Part shown: positions 18,582 to 28,331 of the stretch, one piece after another | How the letters are laid out: every line of letters starts with the position of its first letter | How positions within the stretch are numbered: the stretch's first letter is position 1 | NCBI GenBank assembly: GCA_049323295.1 | Contig: JBMOON010000047.1 | Location: 181,033-245,032 of the forward strand | Reading direction: 5' to 3' | Length of the DNA stretch: 64,000 nucleotides | From: Pseudomonadota bacterium | GTDB lineage: Bacteria > Pseudomonadota > Gammaproteobacteria > Pseudomonadales > JADFDG01 | Notes under the pieces: model-generated | Told to the model about the DNA's origin: nothing | What the model saw: only the letters and a program-made list of their open reading frames with translations | Databases searched by the model: none | Made by a program: the position numbers and the translations under genes

Positions 18582-20024
18582 TTACTTGCCCGGGAACCGG
18601 CGGGGCGGGAGCCCCGGCGGCAACCCGGGAGGCAGTCCCGGGCTGCCCGCACCCGCCGGGCCGCCGCCCGGACCGCCACCGCCCAGTGCGCCGCCCATGG
18701 CACGCATCATCTTCTGCATGCCGCCCTTGGCGGAGAACTGCTTCATCATCTTCGACATCATCTTCTGCTGCTTGAGCAGCCGGTTGAGGTCCTGGATTTC
18801 CTGGCCGGCGCCCCTGGCGATGCGCATCTTGCGGCGACCGGTGATGAGTTCGGGATCGCGACGCTCTTTCGGCGTCATCGACTGGATGAGCGCCTCCATC
18901 CGCCTGATCGATTTGTCGTGCGTGGCGTCCTGCGCCATTTTCGCCATCTGGCCCATGCCCGGCAGCTTGTCGAGCAGGCCCGCCATGCCGCCCATCGAGC
19001 GCATCTGCTGGAACTGGTCCAGCATGTCCTCGAAATCGAAACCTTTTCCTTTCTTGAGTTTCTTTGCGAACTTCTCTGCTTTCGCCTTGTCGAGCTTGCG
19101 CTCGGCTTCCTCGACCAGCGTCAGGATGTCGCCCATGCCGAGAATGCGCTGCGCAATCCGCTCCGGATGGAACGGCTCCAGCGCCTCGGTCTTCTCGCCC
19201 ATGCCGAGGAACTTGATCGGCTTGCCGGTGAGTTGCCGCACCGACAGCGCCGCGCCGCCGCGGGCATCGCCATCGGCCTTGGTGAGGATCACGCCGGTCA
19301 GCGGCAGCGCCTCGTTGAAGGCGCGCGCGGTATTTGCCGCATCCTGGCCGGTCATGGCGTCGACCACGAACAGCGTTTCGTGCGGCTTCACCGCAGCGTG
19401 CAGCGCGCGGATCTCGGCCATCATTTCGTCGTCGATGGCCAGCCGGCCGGCAGTGTCGACGATCAGTACATCGGCCACCTGGCGGCGCGCTTCGCCGATG
19501 GCGTCGTTGACGATGTCCACCGGCTTGCGCGACGGATCGCTGGGCACGAAGCCGGCGCCGACATCCTTCGCCAGCGTTTCCAGCTGCTTGATGGCCGCCG
19601 GACGGTAGACGTCGGCACTCACCACCAGCACTTTCTTTTTCTGACGCTCCTTCAGGAAGCGCGCCAGCTTGGCCACGGTCGTGGTCTTGCCCGCGCCCTG
19701 CAGGCCGGCCATGAGGATGATGGCCGGCGGCACGACGTTGAGTTTCAGGTCTTCGTTGGCGGCGCCCATCACCGCCGTGAGCTCGTCGTGGACGATTTTC
19801 ACGAAGGCCTGGCCGGGATTGATGCTGGCCATCACTTCCTGGCCCAGCGCCTTTTCCTTCACCTGGTCGACGAAGGTCTTCACCACCGGCAGCGCGACGT
19901 CGGCCTCCAGCAGCGCCATGCGCACTTCGCGCAGCGTGTCCTTGATGTTGTCCTCGGTCAGCCGGCCCTGCCCGGTGAGGTTGCGCAGGCTCTGGCCAAG
20001 GCGTTCGGAAAGACTTTCGAACAT
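18582..20024 (-). CDS. ffh: Signal recognition particle protein Ffh
   Basis: MFESLSERL..., GTPase motifs [21 protein letters not shown], and a Met-rich M domain. Gly/Pro-rich C-terminal tail ...[18 protein letters not shown]. Confidence 0.95.
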   Translation of the reverse strand: MFESLSERLGQSLRNLTGQGRLTEDNIKDTLREVRMALLEADVALPVVKTFVDQVKEKALGQEVMASINPGQAFVKIVHDELTAVMGAANEDLKLNVVPPAIILMAGLQGAGKTTTVAKLARFLKERQKKKVLVVSADVYRPAAIKQLETLAKDVGAGFVPSDPSRKPVDIVNDAIGEARRQVADVLIVDTAGRLAIDDEMMAEIRALHAAVKPHETLFVVDAMTGQDAANTARAFNEALPLTGVILTKADGDARGGAALSVRQLTGKPIKFLGMGEKTEALEPFHPERIAQRILGMGDILTLVEEAERKLDKAKAEKFAKKLKKGKGFDFEDMLDQFQQMRSMGGMAGLLDKLPGMGQMAKMAQDATHDKSIRRMEALIQSMTPKERRDPELITGRRKMRIARGAGQEIQDLNRLLKQQKMMSKMMKQFSAKGGMQKMMRAMGGALGGGGPGGGPAGAGSPGLPPGLPPGLPPRRFPGK

Positions 20025-20142
20025 GGGGGACGGCTCGCAGGATGAGGGGCAGGCGGGAATGGCCGGCAGCGCACGGACAGGGCGCGGATTATACTGGCCC
20101 GCTTCCGCCATCGACCATGACGGCCTTGCCGGCATCCCAGCC

Positions 20143-20940
20143 ATGACAGCCCTGACCGTTATCCTCGCCGGCGCGCTCTATCTCCTGGCCACCGCCCACA
20201 TCGCCCGTGAAGTCCGCGCCGGGCGTGCCGAACGGCGGGCCTTCTTCCTCTACGCCGGCTTCGCCGCCGTCGCCCTGCACGGCACGCTGGTGGCCCGCAC
20301 CCTGTTCCCCGGTGACGGCATCGACCTCGGCCTCTTCTCCGCCGGCTCGCTGATCGGCCTGCTGGTGGCCCTGCTGGCGATCCTCACCAGCCTGTTCCGG
20401 CCGGTCGGCATCCTGGCGGTCGCCGCCTATCCCTTCGCCTTCATGACCATGCTGCTGTCGGCACTGCTGCACGACAGCTATACGCCGCGGCACTTCGCCA
20501 CCGGCATCGGCGTGCACATCGTGCTCTCGCTGCTGGCCTACGCGGTGCTGGCCATCGCCACCGCCCACGCGGTGCTGCTGGGCATCCAGAACCGGCGCTT
20601 CCGCGAGCACCGGGTGCAGGGCCTGCTGCATGCCCTGCCGCCGATCCAGACCATGGAAGCGATGCTGTTCGAGCTGATCGCCATCGGCTTCGCACTGCTG
20701 ACGCTGGCGATCCTGGTCGGCTTGCTCTACGTGGACGACTTCTTCGCCCAGCACCTGATCCACAAGACGGTGCTCACCATCGCCGGCTGGATCGCCCTCG
20801 GCGGCCTGCTGGTCGGGCACCACGTGGCCGGCTGGCGCGGCCGCACCGCCATCCGCTGGACCGTTTCCGCCTTCGTCCTGCTGGTCGTGGCCTTCTTCGG
20901 CAGCAAGTTCGTGCTCGAGATGGTACTGCACCGCAGCTGA
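20143..20940 (+). CDS. ypjD: Cytochrome c assembly family inner-membrane protein (YpjD-like)
   Basis: Polytopic membrane protein divergent from ffh, as in E. coli. A CcsA-like W/H-containing C-terminal half. ATG checked at 20143. Confidence 0.78.
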   Translation: MTALTVILAGALYLLATAHIAREVRAGRAERRAFFLYAGFAAVALHGTLVARTLFPGDGIDLGLFSAGSLIGLLVALLAILTSLFRPVGILAVAAYPFAFMTMLLSALLHDSYTPRHFATGIGVHIVLSLLAYAVLAIATAHAVLLGIQNRRFREHRVQGLLHALPPIQTMEAMLFELIAIGFALLTLAILVGLLYVDDFFAQHLIHKTVLTIAGWIALGGLLVGHHVAGWRGRTAIRWTVSAFVLLVVAFFGSKFVLEMVLHRS

Positions 20941-20985
20941 CCGCTCCGGGCGCCGCCGGGCGGCCGCAGGATGACCGCTGATACG

Positions 20986-21017
20986 AAAAAGCCGGGCGAT
21001 GCCCGGCTTTTTCTTTT
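20986..21017. terminator. Bidirectional rho-independent terminator shared by convergent genes
   Basis: aaaaaGCCGGGCgatGCCCGGCtttttctttt lies between stops at 20940 (+) and 21029 (-). Confidence 0.8.
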
Positions 21018-21028
21018 CCCCTGCCGGC

Positions 21029-22474
21029 TTACTTCAGCAGGTTTTTCTTCACGAAGTTGTGCAGACCCTTGTTGAACGGCGGCAGGAAATACTTCACCGC
21101 GTAGAACTTCGGCTTGTGCAGCACCGCACGGGCATTCGACAGCGTGATGAAACCTTCCTTGCCGTGGTAGCGACCCATGCCGGCCGGACCGACACCGCCG
21201 AACGGCAGGTCGTCGATGCCGACATGCGACAGCGTCTCGTTGATGCACATGCCGCCGGAGTGGGTATGGGTCTCGACGAACTCGGCGCGGGCGTCGTTGT
21301 AGTCGAAATAGTAAAGGGCCAGCGGGCGCGGACGCTCGTTGACGTAGTTGATCGCCTGGTCGAGCGAATCGTACGGAACCACCGGCAGCACCGGACCGAA
21401 GATCTCGTTCTTCATGATCTCCATGTCGTCGGTCACGTTGAGCACCAGCGTCACCGGCATCTTGCGGGTGTTCTCGAACTTTTCGTTGGCCGGGTTGATC
21501 TCGATGACCTTCGCGCCCTTCTCGCGGGCATCCTGCAGATAACCCTGGATGCGCTTGTACTGCTTGTCGTTGACGACGCTGGTGTAATCCGGGTTGTTGA
21601 GCAACCCGGTCGGATACATCGAAGTCACCTGGGCGGTGAACTCGCGGGCAAACTCGTCGACCTTGCCGCGCGGGCACAGCAGGTGGTCCGGCGCGACGCA
21701 GGTCTGGCCGGCGTTCCAGCACTTGCCGAAGGCGATGCGCGGCACCGCGTCCTTGATCGGGAAGGATTCGTGGATGATGGTCGGGCTCTTGCCGCCCAGC
21801 TCCAGCGTCACCGGCGTCAGGTTGGCCGACGCGTAGCTCATGATCTGGCGACCGACATTGGTCGAACCGGTGAACAGGATGTGATCGAACGGCAGGCGCG
21901 AGAAGGCGTCGGAAATCTCACCCTTCCCGGTCACGACGCAGACATGGTCCTCGTCGAACTGCTCGGCGACCATCTTCCTGAACGCCTCGCCCAGCGCCGG
22001 CGTGAAGCTGGACATCTTGATCATCACGCGGTTGCCGGCAGCCAGCGCGGCCATCAGCGGACCGGTGGCAAGGAAAATCGGATAGTTCCACGGCACGATC
22101 ACACCGACCACGCCCATCGGCTGGTACACCACGCGCGCTTTCGCCGGCATCTGGAGGGCGCTGACGTGGCGCTTCTCCGGCTGCATCCACTTGCGCACGT
22201 TCTTGCTGTTGTACTTCAGGCCTTCCAGCGAGGTCATGACCTCGGCGAACAGCGTTTCGTCCTTCGAGCGGTGACCGAAGTCCTTGCTGACTTCCTCGGC
22301 CAGACGGTCCTTCCACTTCACCAGGCCGGCGCGCAGCTTGTTCAGGTGCGCGATGCGCTCGGCGGCGCTCGGATAACGGTGACGGGCAAACGCGGCGCGC
22401 TGCGCGTCGAAAATGCGCTGCAGATCCTTCAGCTCCTGGCTGGCGGTCGGGACAGCTTGCAGGTTGGCGACCAT
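21029..22474 (-). CDS. NAD(P)-dependent aldehyde dehydrogenase (coniferyl-aldehyde dehydrogenase-like, class 3 type)
   Basis: VIVPWNYP, FTGSTNVGRQI, and LELGGKSP followed by an active-site GQTCVAPD. 481 aa. Confidence 0.88.
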   Translation of the reverse strand: MVANLQAVPTASQELKDLQRIFDAQRAAFARHRYPSAAERIAHLNKLRAGLVKWKDRLAEEVSKDFGHRSKDETLFAEVMTSLEGLKYNSKNVRKWMQPEKRHVSALQMPAKARVVYQPMGVVGVIVPWNYPIFLATGPLMAALAAGNRVMIKMSSFTPALGEAFRKMVAEQFDEDHVCVVTGKGEISDAFSRLPFDHILFTGSTNVGRQIMSYASANLTPVTLELGGKSPTIIHESFPIKDAVPRIAFGKCWNAGQTCVAPDHLLCPRGKVDEFAREFTAQVTSMYPTGLLNNPDYTSVVNDKQYKRIQGYLQDAREKGAKVIEINPANEKFENTRKMPVTLVLNVTDDMEIMKNEIFGPVLPVVPYDSLDQAINYVNERPRPLALYYFDYNDARAEFVETHTHSGGMCINETLSHVGIDDLPFGGVGPAGMGRYHGKEGFITLSNARAVLHKPKFYAVKYFLPPFNKGLHNFVKKNLLK

Positions 22475-22551
22475 GGTGTACGTCCTCCGGGCGGTAGCGG
22501 GAAAGGCAGAAACGCGGCCCGTCCGGCAGCGTCCCCGCAGGTGACCAGAGC

Positions 22552-22580
22552 GTTTTAGAGTATTTACTCTAGAGTGTCAA
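22552..22580 (-). promoter_or_regulatory. Near-consensus sigma70 promoter of the aldehyde dehydrogenase gene with an embedded palindromic operator
   Basis: Minus strand reads TTGACA (complement of 22575-22580) - 17 nt - TAAAAC (complement of 22552-22557). The palindrome TAGAGTA-tt-TACTCTA (22556-22571) fills the spacer and overlaps the -10. The element is about 75 nt upstream of the ATG, in an AT-rich patch within GC-rich DNA. Confidence 0.6.
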
Positions 22581-22635
22581 ACCCGGGGCGGCCGCCGACC
22601 GACCACCGGTACCGGCCCCGCCGGCCGGGGCCGTC

Positions 22636-23838
22636 TCAGAGCTCGACCCGCACCGCGCCGGCGGCCCGCAGGGCCCGGGCCCGGGCCGCTTCGATGCTTT
22701 CCGCCCGGGCCAGCGCCACGCCCATGCGGCGGTGGCCGCGAACCTCCGGCTTGCCGAACAGACGCAGGGCCGTATCCGGCTCGGCGAGGGCGGCCTGCAG
22801 GTTGCCGAAGGCCGGCCGGTCCGAGTTGCCGTCCACCAGGATGACGGCCGATGCGCTCGGCCCCTGCTGACGGATCGCCGGTACCGGCAGTCCCAGGATG
22901 GCCCGCGCATGCAGCGCGAATTCGGAGAGGTCCTGCGAGATCAGGGTGACCAGGCCGGTGTCGTGCGGGCGCGGCGACACCTCGCTGAACCACACCCGGT
23001 CGCCTTGCACGAAAAGTTCGACGCCGAAAATTCCCAGTCCGCCCAGCGCGCCGGTCACGGCTTCGGCGATGCGACGGGACTCGGCCAGTGCGGCCGGCGA
23101 CATCGGCTGCGGCTGCCAGCTTTCAACGTAGTCGCCGTGTACCTGCTTGTGACCGATCGGATCGCAGAACGTGGTGACGACGTTGCCCTGCGCATCGCGA
23201 TGGCGCACGGTGAGCTGCGTGATCTCGTAATCGAAATCGATGAAACCCTCGACGATCACCCGGCCGGCGCCGGCGCGGCCGCCTTCCTGCGCGTACTGCC
23301 AGGCCTTGTCGATGTCGGCTGCGGCTTTCACCGTGCTCTGGCCCTTGCCGGAACTCGACATCACCGGCTTCACCACACAGGGCATGCCGACAGCTTTCAC
23401 CGCCGCCACGTAATCGGCATGGTTGTCGGCAAAACGGTACGGGGAAGTGGCCAAGCCGAGTTCTTCGGCGGCCAGACGACGAATGCCCTCCCGGTTCATC
23501 GTCAACCGCGCGGCGCGCGCGGTGGGGATGACGTTCCACCCCTCCTGCTCCATCTCGACCAGCGTATCGGTGGCGATCGCCTCGATCTCCGGCACGATGA
23601 GGTGCGGCTTTTCCTGCTCGATCACGCGTCGCAGCGCAGCACCGTCCAGCATGTTGATGACATGCGAGCGGTGCGCCGCCTGCATGCCGGGCGCATTCGC
23701 GTAACGGTCGACGGCAATGACCTCGACACCCAGCCGCTGCAGCTCGATCACCACCTCCTTGCCCAGCTCGCCGGCACCGCAGAACAGCACGCGGGTGGCG
23801 GAGGGCGACAGCGGCGTACCGATTTTCACGTCGTGCAT
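22636..23838 (-). CDS. purT: Formate-dependent phosphoribosylglycinamide formyltransferase (GAR transformylase 2) PurT
   Basis: ATP-grasp protein. Begins [24 protein letters not shown] and ends ...HRRMGVALA. Start MHDVKIGT checked as CAT 23836-23838. Confidence 0.92.
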   Translation of the reverse strand: MHDVKIGTPLSPSATRVLFCGAGELGKEVVIELQRLGVEVIAVDRYANAPGMQAAHRSHVINMLDGAALRRVIEQEKPHLIVPEIEAIATDTLVEMEQEGWNVIPTARAARLTMNREGIRRLAAEELGLATSPYRFADNHADYVAAVKAVGMPCVVKPVMSSSGKGQSTVKAAADIDKAWQYAQEGGRAGAGRVIVEGFIDFDYEITQLTVRHRDAQGNVVTTFCDPIGHKQVHGDYVESWQPQPMSPAALAESRRIAEAVTGALGGLGIFGVELFVQGDRVWFSEVSPRPHDTGLVTLISQDLSEFALHARAILGLPVPAIRQQGPSASAVILVDGNSDRPAFGNLQAALAEPDTALRLFGKPEVRGHRRMGVALARAESIEAARARALRAAGAVRVEL

Positions 23839-23884
23839 GGAACAGGCCTCGTGCGGAAGCCGCCGCCACGGCGGCGGGCGGGGT

Positions 23885-24088
23885 TCAGCGGGAATATGCT
23901 CGCTCGCGGCAACGCTCGAGCACGGCGCGCTTCTCGTCGTCGCCGAGCTTGCCCCAGTCGCTGATCTCGCGACCGGAACGGTAACAGCCGACACAGATGT
24001 CATCGTCGTCCAGCGCGCAGATGGACACACAGGGCGACGGCACCGTTTCCTGGCGAATGGTGATGATGAAACCGCCGGATTCGCTCAT
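23885..24088 (-). CDS. DUF1289 (YdhL-like) Cys-rich small protein
   Basis: [28 protein letters not shown] matches the DUF1289 CxxxC...CxGC signature. Confidence 0.75.
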   Translation of the reverse strand: MSESGGFIITIRQETVPSPCVSICALDDDDICVGCYRSGREISDWGKLGDDEKRAVLERCRERAYSR

Positions 24089-24098
24089 CGGAGGTCAC

Positions 24099-24620
24099 TC
24101 ACTCCTGGGGCCGCAGCGATTCGCGGTAGCGCTTCGCGTTCTCGACGTAGTGCAGTGCGCTGCCCTCGAGAATCGCCTTGTGGAAATCCTGGATCTGCTT
24201 GACCACCTTGCCGGGCGAACCCATGACGATCGAACCGTCGGGAATTTCCGCCCGCTCGGGCACGAAGGCATTGGCACCGATGATGCAGTACCGGCCGATC
24301 TTCGCGCCGTTGAGCACCACGGCATTGATGCCGATCAGCGAGTAGTCGCCGATGGTGCAGCCGTGCAGCATCACCAGATGGCCGACGGTGACGCCCTTGC
24401 CGATGGTCAGCGGCACGCCCGGATCGGTATGCAGCACCGATCCGTCCTGGATGTTGCTGTCCTCGCCGACCGTGATCAGGTCGTTGTCGCCGCGGATCAC
24501 CGCGTTGAACCAGACGCTGGCGTTTTTCTCCAGCACCACACTGCCGATCACGGTGGCGTTCGGCGCCACGAAATTGCTGCCGCGTTGTTCGACGCGACGC
24601 TCGCCCAGCGAATAGATCAT
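24099..24620 (-). CDS. Gamma-carbonic-anhydrase-like hexapeptide-repeat protein (YrdA/PaaY family)
   Basis: Left-handed beta-helix repeats; [10 protein letters not shown]...IQDGSVLH...GHLVMLHGC carries the metal-binding His pattern. Start MIYSLG checked as CAT 24618-24620. Confidence 0.85.
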   Translation of the reverse strand: MIYSLGERRVEQRGSNFVAPNATVIGSVVLEKNASVWFNAVIRGDNDLITVGEDSNIQDGSVLHTDPGVPLTIGKGVTVGHLVMLHGCTIGDYSLIGINAVVLNGAKIGRYCIIGANAFVPERAEIPDGSIVMGSPGKVVKQIQDFHKAILEGSALHYVENAKRYRESLRPQE

Positions 24621-24642
24621 GGAGATGTCTTCCGGTCGGAAA

Positions 24643-25239
24643 TCAGCCGGCATCACGCCGGGCGGTCGGCGGCGGCACGACCAGCCCGGCATCGTACGCC
24701 GTGTTCAGCAGGTCGACGATGATATAGGCGGTCAGGCCCCAGATCATGTGGCCGTCGTAGCGCCAGGTCGGCATCAGGTATTCGTGGCCCTGCCAGCGCA
24801 CCGCGTGGTCGCTTTGCATGGGGGTTTCCAGGAAAAAGGACAACGGCACGCGGAAGATCGCGTCGAGTTCGTGCGGACTGGCGGTGAGCTCGATCGCCGG
24901 CGACACCACGCCGACCCAGGGCACCACCCGGATGCCCGAGCGGGCCGTGAGCGTGGTCAGCCGGCCGACCACATCGACTTCCGCTCGCGGCAGGCCGATT
25001 TCCTCTTCGCTCTCACGCAGGGCGGTGACCAGCAGATCGGCGTCGGCGGCGTCCTTCTTGCCGCCGGGAAAGGCCACTTCGCCGGCATGCGAATTCATGG
25101 TGAGCGCACGCCGGGTCAGGATCAGTTCCGGCCGCCGGTCCAGTGCCGTGACCGGCACCAGCACGGACGCCTCCGTCTGCACCGGGTCGACCGGGGGCAG
25201 TTGGTGGCTACGCAGGCGGGCGATGAGCTGTTCAAGCAT
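24643..25239 (-). CDS. CoA pyrophosphatase (NUDIX hydrolase NudL/YeaB-like)
   Basis: [13 protein letters not shown]...[11 protein letters not shown] is a Nudix box with the upstream CoA-type motif. ATG at 25239; the ORF track extends 4 codons to a TTG. Confidence 0.8.
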   Translation of the reverse strand: MLEQLIARLRSHQLPPVDPVQTEASVLVPVTALDRRPELILTRRALTMNSHAGEVAFPGGKKDAADADLLVTALRESEEEIGLPRAEVDVVGRLTTLTARSGIRVVPWVGVVSPAIELTASPHELDAIFRVPLSFFLETPMQSDHAVRWQGHEYLMPTWRYDGHMIWGLTAYIIVDLLNTAYDAGLVVPPPTARRDAG

Positions 25240-25381
25240 GACGGGGTTCAAACGAGCGTATGAGCCGGCAGTGTACGCCCGTCCGCACCCGGCAGGACAA
25301 GCGGGAAAGCCGCAGTGCCGCAGGCCGGTCGGGACGCGGCGCTATACTGCGCTCCCTCCTGGCCCGGCTCCGACGGATCCC

Positions 25382-25918
25382 ATGCGCTTTTGCAGTCAGT
25401 GCGGCAGCGACCGGCTTGCCCTGGAAATCCCGCCGGGCGACACGCGGCCACGACACGTCTGTCATGCCTGCCACACCATCCATTACTCGAACCCGAAGGT
25501 GGTGGCCGGCTGCCTGGTGACGCACGAAGACCGCATCCTGCTCTGCCGGCGGGCCATCGAACCCCGACGGGGTTTCTGGACCGCGCCCGCCGGCTATCTG
25601 GAAAACGGCGAGACGTTGCAAGAAGGTGCCGCCCGCGAAACCCGGGAGGAAGCCGACGCCGCGGTCGAGATCGACGATCTTTACGCGGTGTTCAACCTCA
25701 CCCACATCCACCAGATCTATGTGTTCTTCCGCGGCCGGCTGGTCGACGGCAAATACGGGGTCGGCGAAGAGTCGCTGGAATCGCGTCTGTTCAGCGAAGC
25801 CGAGATCCCCTGGGACGAGATCGCCTTTCCGACGGTCCACAAGACGCTCCGCTACTACCTTGAGGACCGGAAAACCGGCGTGTTCCCGATCCGGGTGCGG
25901 GACATCCCGCGCCGCTGA
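25382..25918 (+). CDS. NUDIX hydrolase with N-terminal zinc ribbon
   Basis: CSQCGS...CHACH zinc ribbon, then Nudix box PAGYLENGETLQEGAARETREEADA. ATG checked at 25382. Confidence 0.8.
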   Translation: MRFCSQCGSDRLALEIPPGDTRPRHVCHACHTIHYSNPKVVAGCLVTHEDRILLCRRAIEPRRGFWTAPAGYLENGETLQEGAARETREEADAAVEIDDLYAVFNLTHIHQIYVFFRGRLVDGKYGVGEESLESRLFSEAEIPWDEIAFPTVHKTLRYYLEDRKTGVFPIRVRDIPRR

Positions 25919-26039
25919 GCCCCGCCCGGACATCCCGGCCAATCCGCCTGAGCGGCGGCGCCATTGTCCGTATCGCCCCCCGTGCCACCATCCGGCCTGC
26001 CGGATCCGGTCAATCTGTTTGGCGAACGGGACAGAATCC

Positions 26040-27056
26040 ATGGACATGCCGATCGACTTCCGCATCGCCCGCGGCATGGGCAGCGTCACCCTGCTGGTCA
26101 CCATGGCCGGCGAGGAAGGCCTCGACACGGCGGACGTACTGGCCGGCAGCGGCATTTCGCCGGCCGATCTCGGCGATCCGAAAGCCGAGATCGACGGCAG
26201 CCAGGAACTGAAGGTGGTGGAAAACCTGCTGCGCCTGGGCATCGATCCGTCGTTCGCCTTCCGCGCCGGCATGCGCTACCGGATCAGCACCTTCGGCATT
26301 CTCGGCTATGCATTGATGAACAGCGACACGGTACGCGACGCCGTGCAGTTGTGCGCGCGTTTCGTCAAGCTGACCTACAGCTTCAGCAACATCCGCATCG
26401 AGGAGTACGGCAACGAGGCACGGGCGATCTTCGAGTGCAGCCTGCCGACAGCGGAACTGCGCGCTTTCGCCGTCGAGCGCGACATGGCGGCACTGGCCAT
26501 GGTGTCGCGCGACATGACCGGCAAGCGGATGCCGGTGCGCCAGTGGTACATGGCGCACGAGCAACAGGCGGCGCTGCCGGTCTACCAGCGACTGGTCGAC
26601 GGCACGCCGGAATTCGGCAAGCCGGCGAACGTCTGGATCTTCGCCCGCTCGCAACTCGATACCCGGCTGCCGCTGGCCAATCCGATGACGCGCGAGGAAT
26701 GCGTGCGAAGTTGCGAGGACCTGCTTGAGCGGCGCGTGTCGCTGACCGGCATCCAGGGGCGGGTACGCGACTATCTGCTGCGCAACGCGGAACGGATGCC
26801 GACACTCGAGGATGTCGCAGCGCAATTCCATCTGACGCCACGAACACTGCGGCGCCGGCTGGCCGACGAGGCACTCTGTTTCCGCGACCTGATCGAAAGC
26901 GTGCGGCGCGAACAGGCCGAAGCCCTGCTGCGCGACGGGCGGCTGCCGGTACCCCACATCGCATCCCGGCTCGGCTACCGCGACGTGAGCAGCTTCATGA
27001 CGGCCTTCAAGCGCTGGACCGGCACCACACCCGGCAATTTCCGGCGCAGCGCCTGA
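26040..27056 (+). CDS. AraC-family transcriptional regulator (N-terminal AraC-type ligand-binding-like domain)
   Basis: C-terminal double HTH ...TLEDVAAQFHLTPRTLRRRL...IASRLGYRDVSSFMTAFKRWTGTTPGNFR. ATG checked at 26040. Confidence 0.85.
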   Translation: MDMPIDFRIARGMGSVTLLVTMAGEEGLDTADVLAGSGISPADLGDPKAEIDGSQELKVVENLLRLGIDPSFAFRAGMRYRISTFGILGYALMNSDTVRDAVQLCARFVKLTYSFSNIRIEEYGNEARAIFECSLPTAELRAFAVERDMAALAMVSRDMTGKRMPVRQWYMAHEQQAALPVYQRLVDGTPEFGKPANVWIFARSQLDTRLPLANPMTREECVRSCEDLLERRVSLTGIQGRVRDYLLRNAERMPTLEDVAAQFHLTPRTLRRRLADEALCFRDLIESVRREQAEALLRDGRLPVPHIASRLGYRDVSSFMTAFKRWTGTTPGNFRRSA

Positions 27057-27175
27057 CAACGCAACCGCCGCATCATTCCGGCACATCCGGCTTATCGTTT
27101 CCGCCAAACCCTGTCGCCGGACCGGACGCTACACTGCAGGCCGCCACCACAAGAACAACAACGTACGGGCCCTGC

Positions 27176-28312
27176 ATGTTCGCCAGACCCCTGCTCTGCA
27201 TCACCCTGCTGTGCGCCGTCGCCGCACCCGCGCCCGCCACCGCAGGGCAGACCGGCACCGCGGCGACACCGGAAGCGGTTGCCGCACCGGCCACCGTCAT
27301 GCCCGACAGTGCCGCCATCCGTCACGCGCTGGCCGACACCGCGGCTTTCGAACCGAGCTGGGTGACGAAGGAACAATTCGAAAAGCAGTTGCTGCTGGTA
27401 CACGGCAAGGTACCGGATCCCAACTTCGGGCTGTTCGGGCCGCGCTCGCAGATGTGGCGCATCAGCCGCTACCTCGCACCCGGTCTGCTGGGGAGCGGCC
27501 GGGCCCTGGTGCTGCAGATCTCGCATCCCTGGGTGACCGCCGGCATCGACGAACACTCGATCACCCGCGACGATCCGCTCAAGCGCGGTCGCGACACCTT
27601 CCGCTACATCCTCACCATGATCTACGGCGATCGCGACCAGGCGCTGCAGGCAGCGCGCGACGTGCGAATGATCCACGAGAAGATCCGCGGCCACCTGCCC
27701 TACGATGCCGGCGCCTTCGTGGCCGGCAGCGAATACCGCGCCAACGAACTGCAGGCCATGATCTGGGTGCATGCCACGCTGTGGGAAACGCTGATGGTGA
27801 TGTACGAACAGTCCATCGGCCCGGTGAGCGCCACCGACAAGGAAAAGTATTACCAGGAAACGAAACTGTTCGCCTACCTGTTCGGTATTCCGGAAAGCGC
27901 GCTGCCCGCAACCTGGGACGATTTCGTTGCCTATTGCGAGGACATGCGCCGCAGCAACCAGCTGAACGCCACCCCGGCCAGCAAGGAACTCGCCGGCTTC
28001 CTGTTCGGCGTGAAGGGCGTCGGCGTTTTCCTCTGGCTGCCGATGCAGTACGAGAAGGTGGTGACGGCTGCCAACCTGCCGGAAGACCTGCGCGAGGCCT
28101 ACGGTTTCGGTTACGGTCCGATGCGCAAGGGCCTGTACAAGTCGACGATGTGGATGAGTCGCGTCGGGCACCGGATAACGCCCGGCGCACTGACCAAGAG
28201 CCCGGCCCACAAGGAGGCCGTGGCGCGCATCGCGCGCAAGAAGGCCGGCTGGTACACCCGCCTGCAGCTGAAGATCGCGTTCGGTCATTCGCGGCTGGTC
28301 AACGACCTCTGA
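27176..28312 (+). CDS. DUF2236 / MpaB-Lcp-family putative oxygenase, with N-terminal signal peptide
   Basis: Signal-like MFARPLLCITLLCAVAAPAPATA. DUF2236 core GRALVLQISHPWVTAGIDEHS...DPLKRGRDTFRYI...VRMIHEKIRG...WVHATLWETL. Confidence 0.78.
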   Translation: MFARPLLCITLLCAVAAPAPATAGQTGTAATPEAVAAPATVMPDSAAIRHALADTAAFEPSWVTKEQFEKQLLLVHGKVPDPNFGLFGPRSQMWRISRYLAPGLLGSGRALVLQISHPWVTAGIDEHSITRDDPLKRGRDTFRYILTMIYGDRDQALQAARDVRMIHEKIRGHLPYDAGAFVAGSEYRANELQAMIWVHATLWETLMVMYEQSIGPVSATDKEKYYQETKLFAYLFGIPESALPATWDDFVAYCEDMRRSNQLNATPASKELAGFLFGVKGVGVFLWLPMQYEKVVTAANLPEDLREAYGFGYGPMRKGLYKSTMWMSRVGHRITPGALTKSPAHKEAVARIARKKAGWYTRLQLKIAFGHSRLVNDL

Positions 28313-28331
28313 GCCGCCGACAATCCGCGCG

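Noticed and set aside
18582-18710. Gly/Pro-rich C-terminal tail of Ffh with three GLPP repeats
   Set aside because: Ffh M-domains commonly end in variable low-complexity Gly/Met/Pro tails. The DNA is not an exact tandem repeat. It is unlikely to be functionally novel.
22614-22632. GC-only hairpins immediately after the purT stop (GGCCCCG-ccggc-CGGGGCC) and after mltF (36683-36706)
   Set aside because: Both form perfect 7-8-bp stems but have no U-tract on the relevant strand. They may be Rho-independent terminators of an atypical kind or just GC-rich palindromes. The evidence is insufficient to annotate them.
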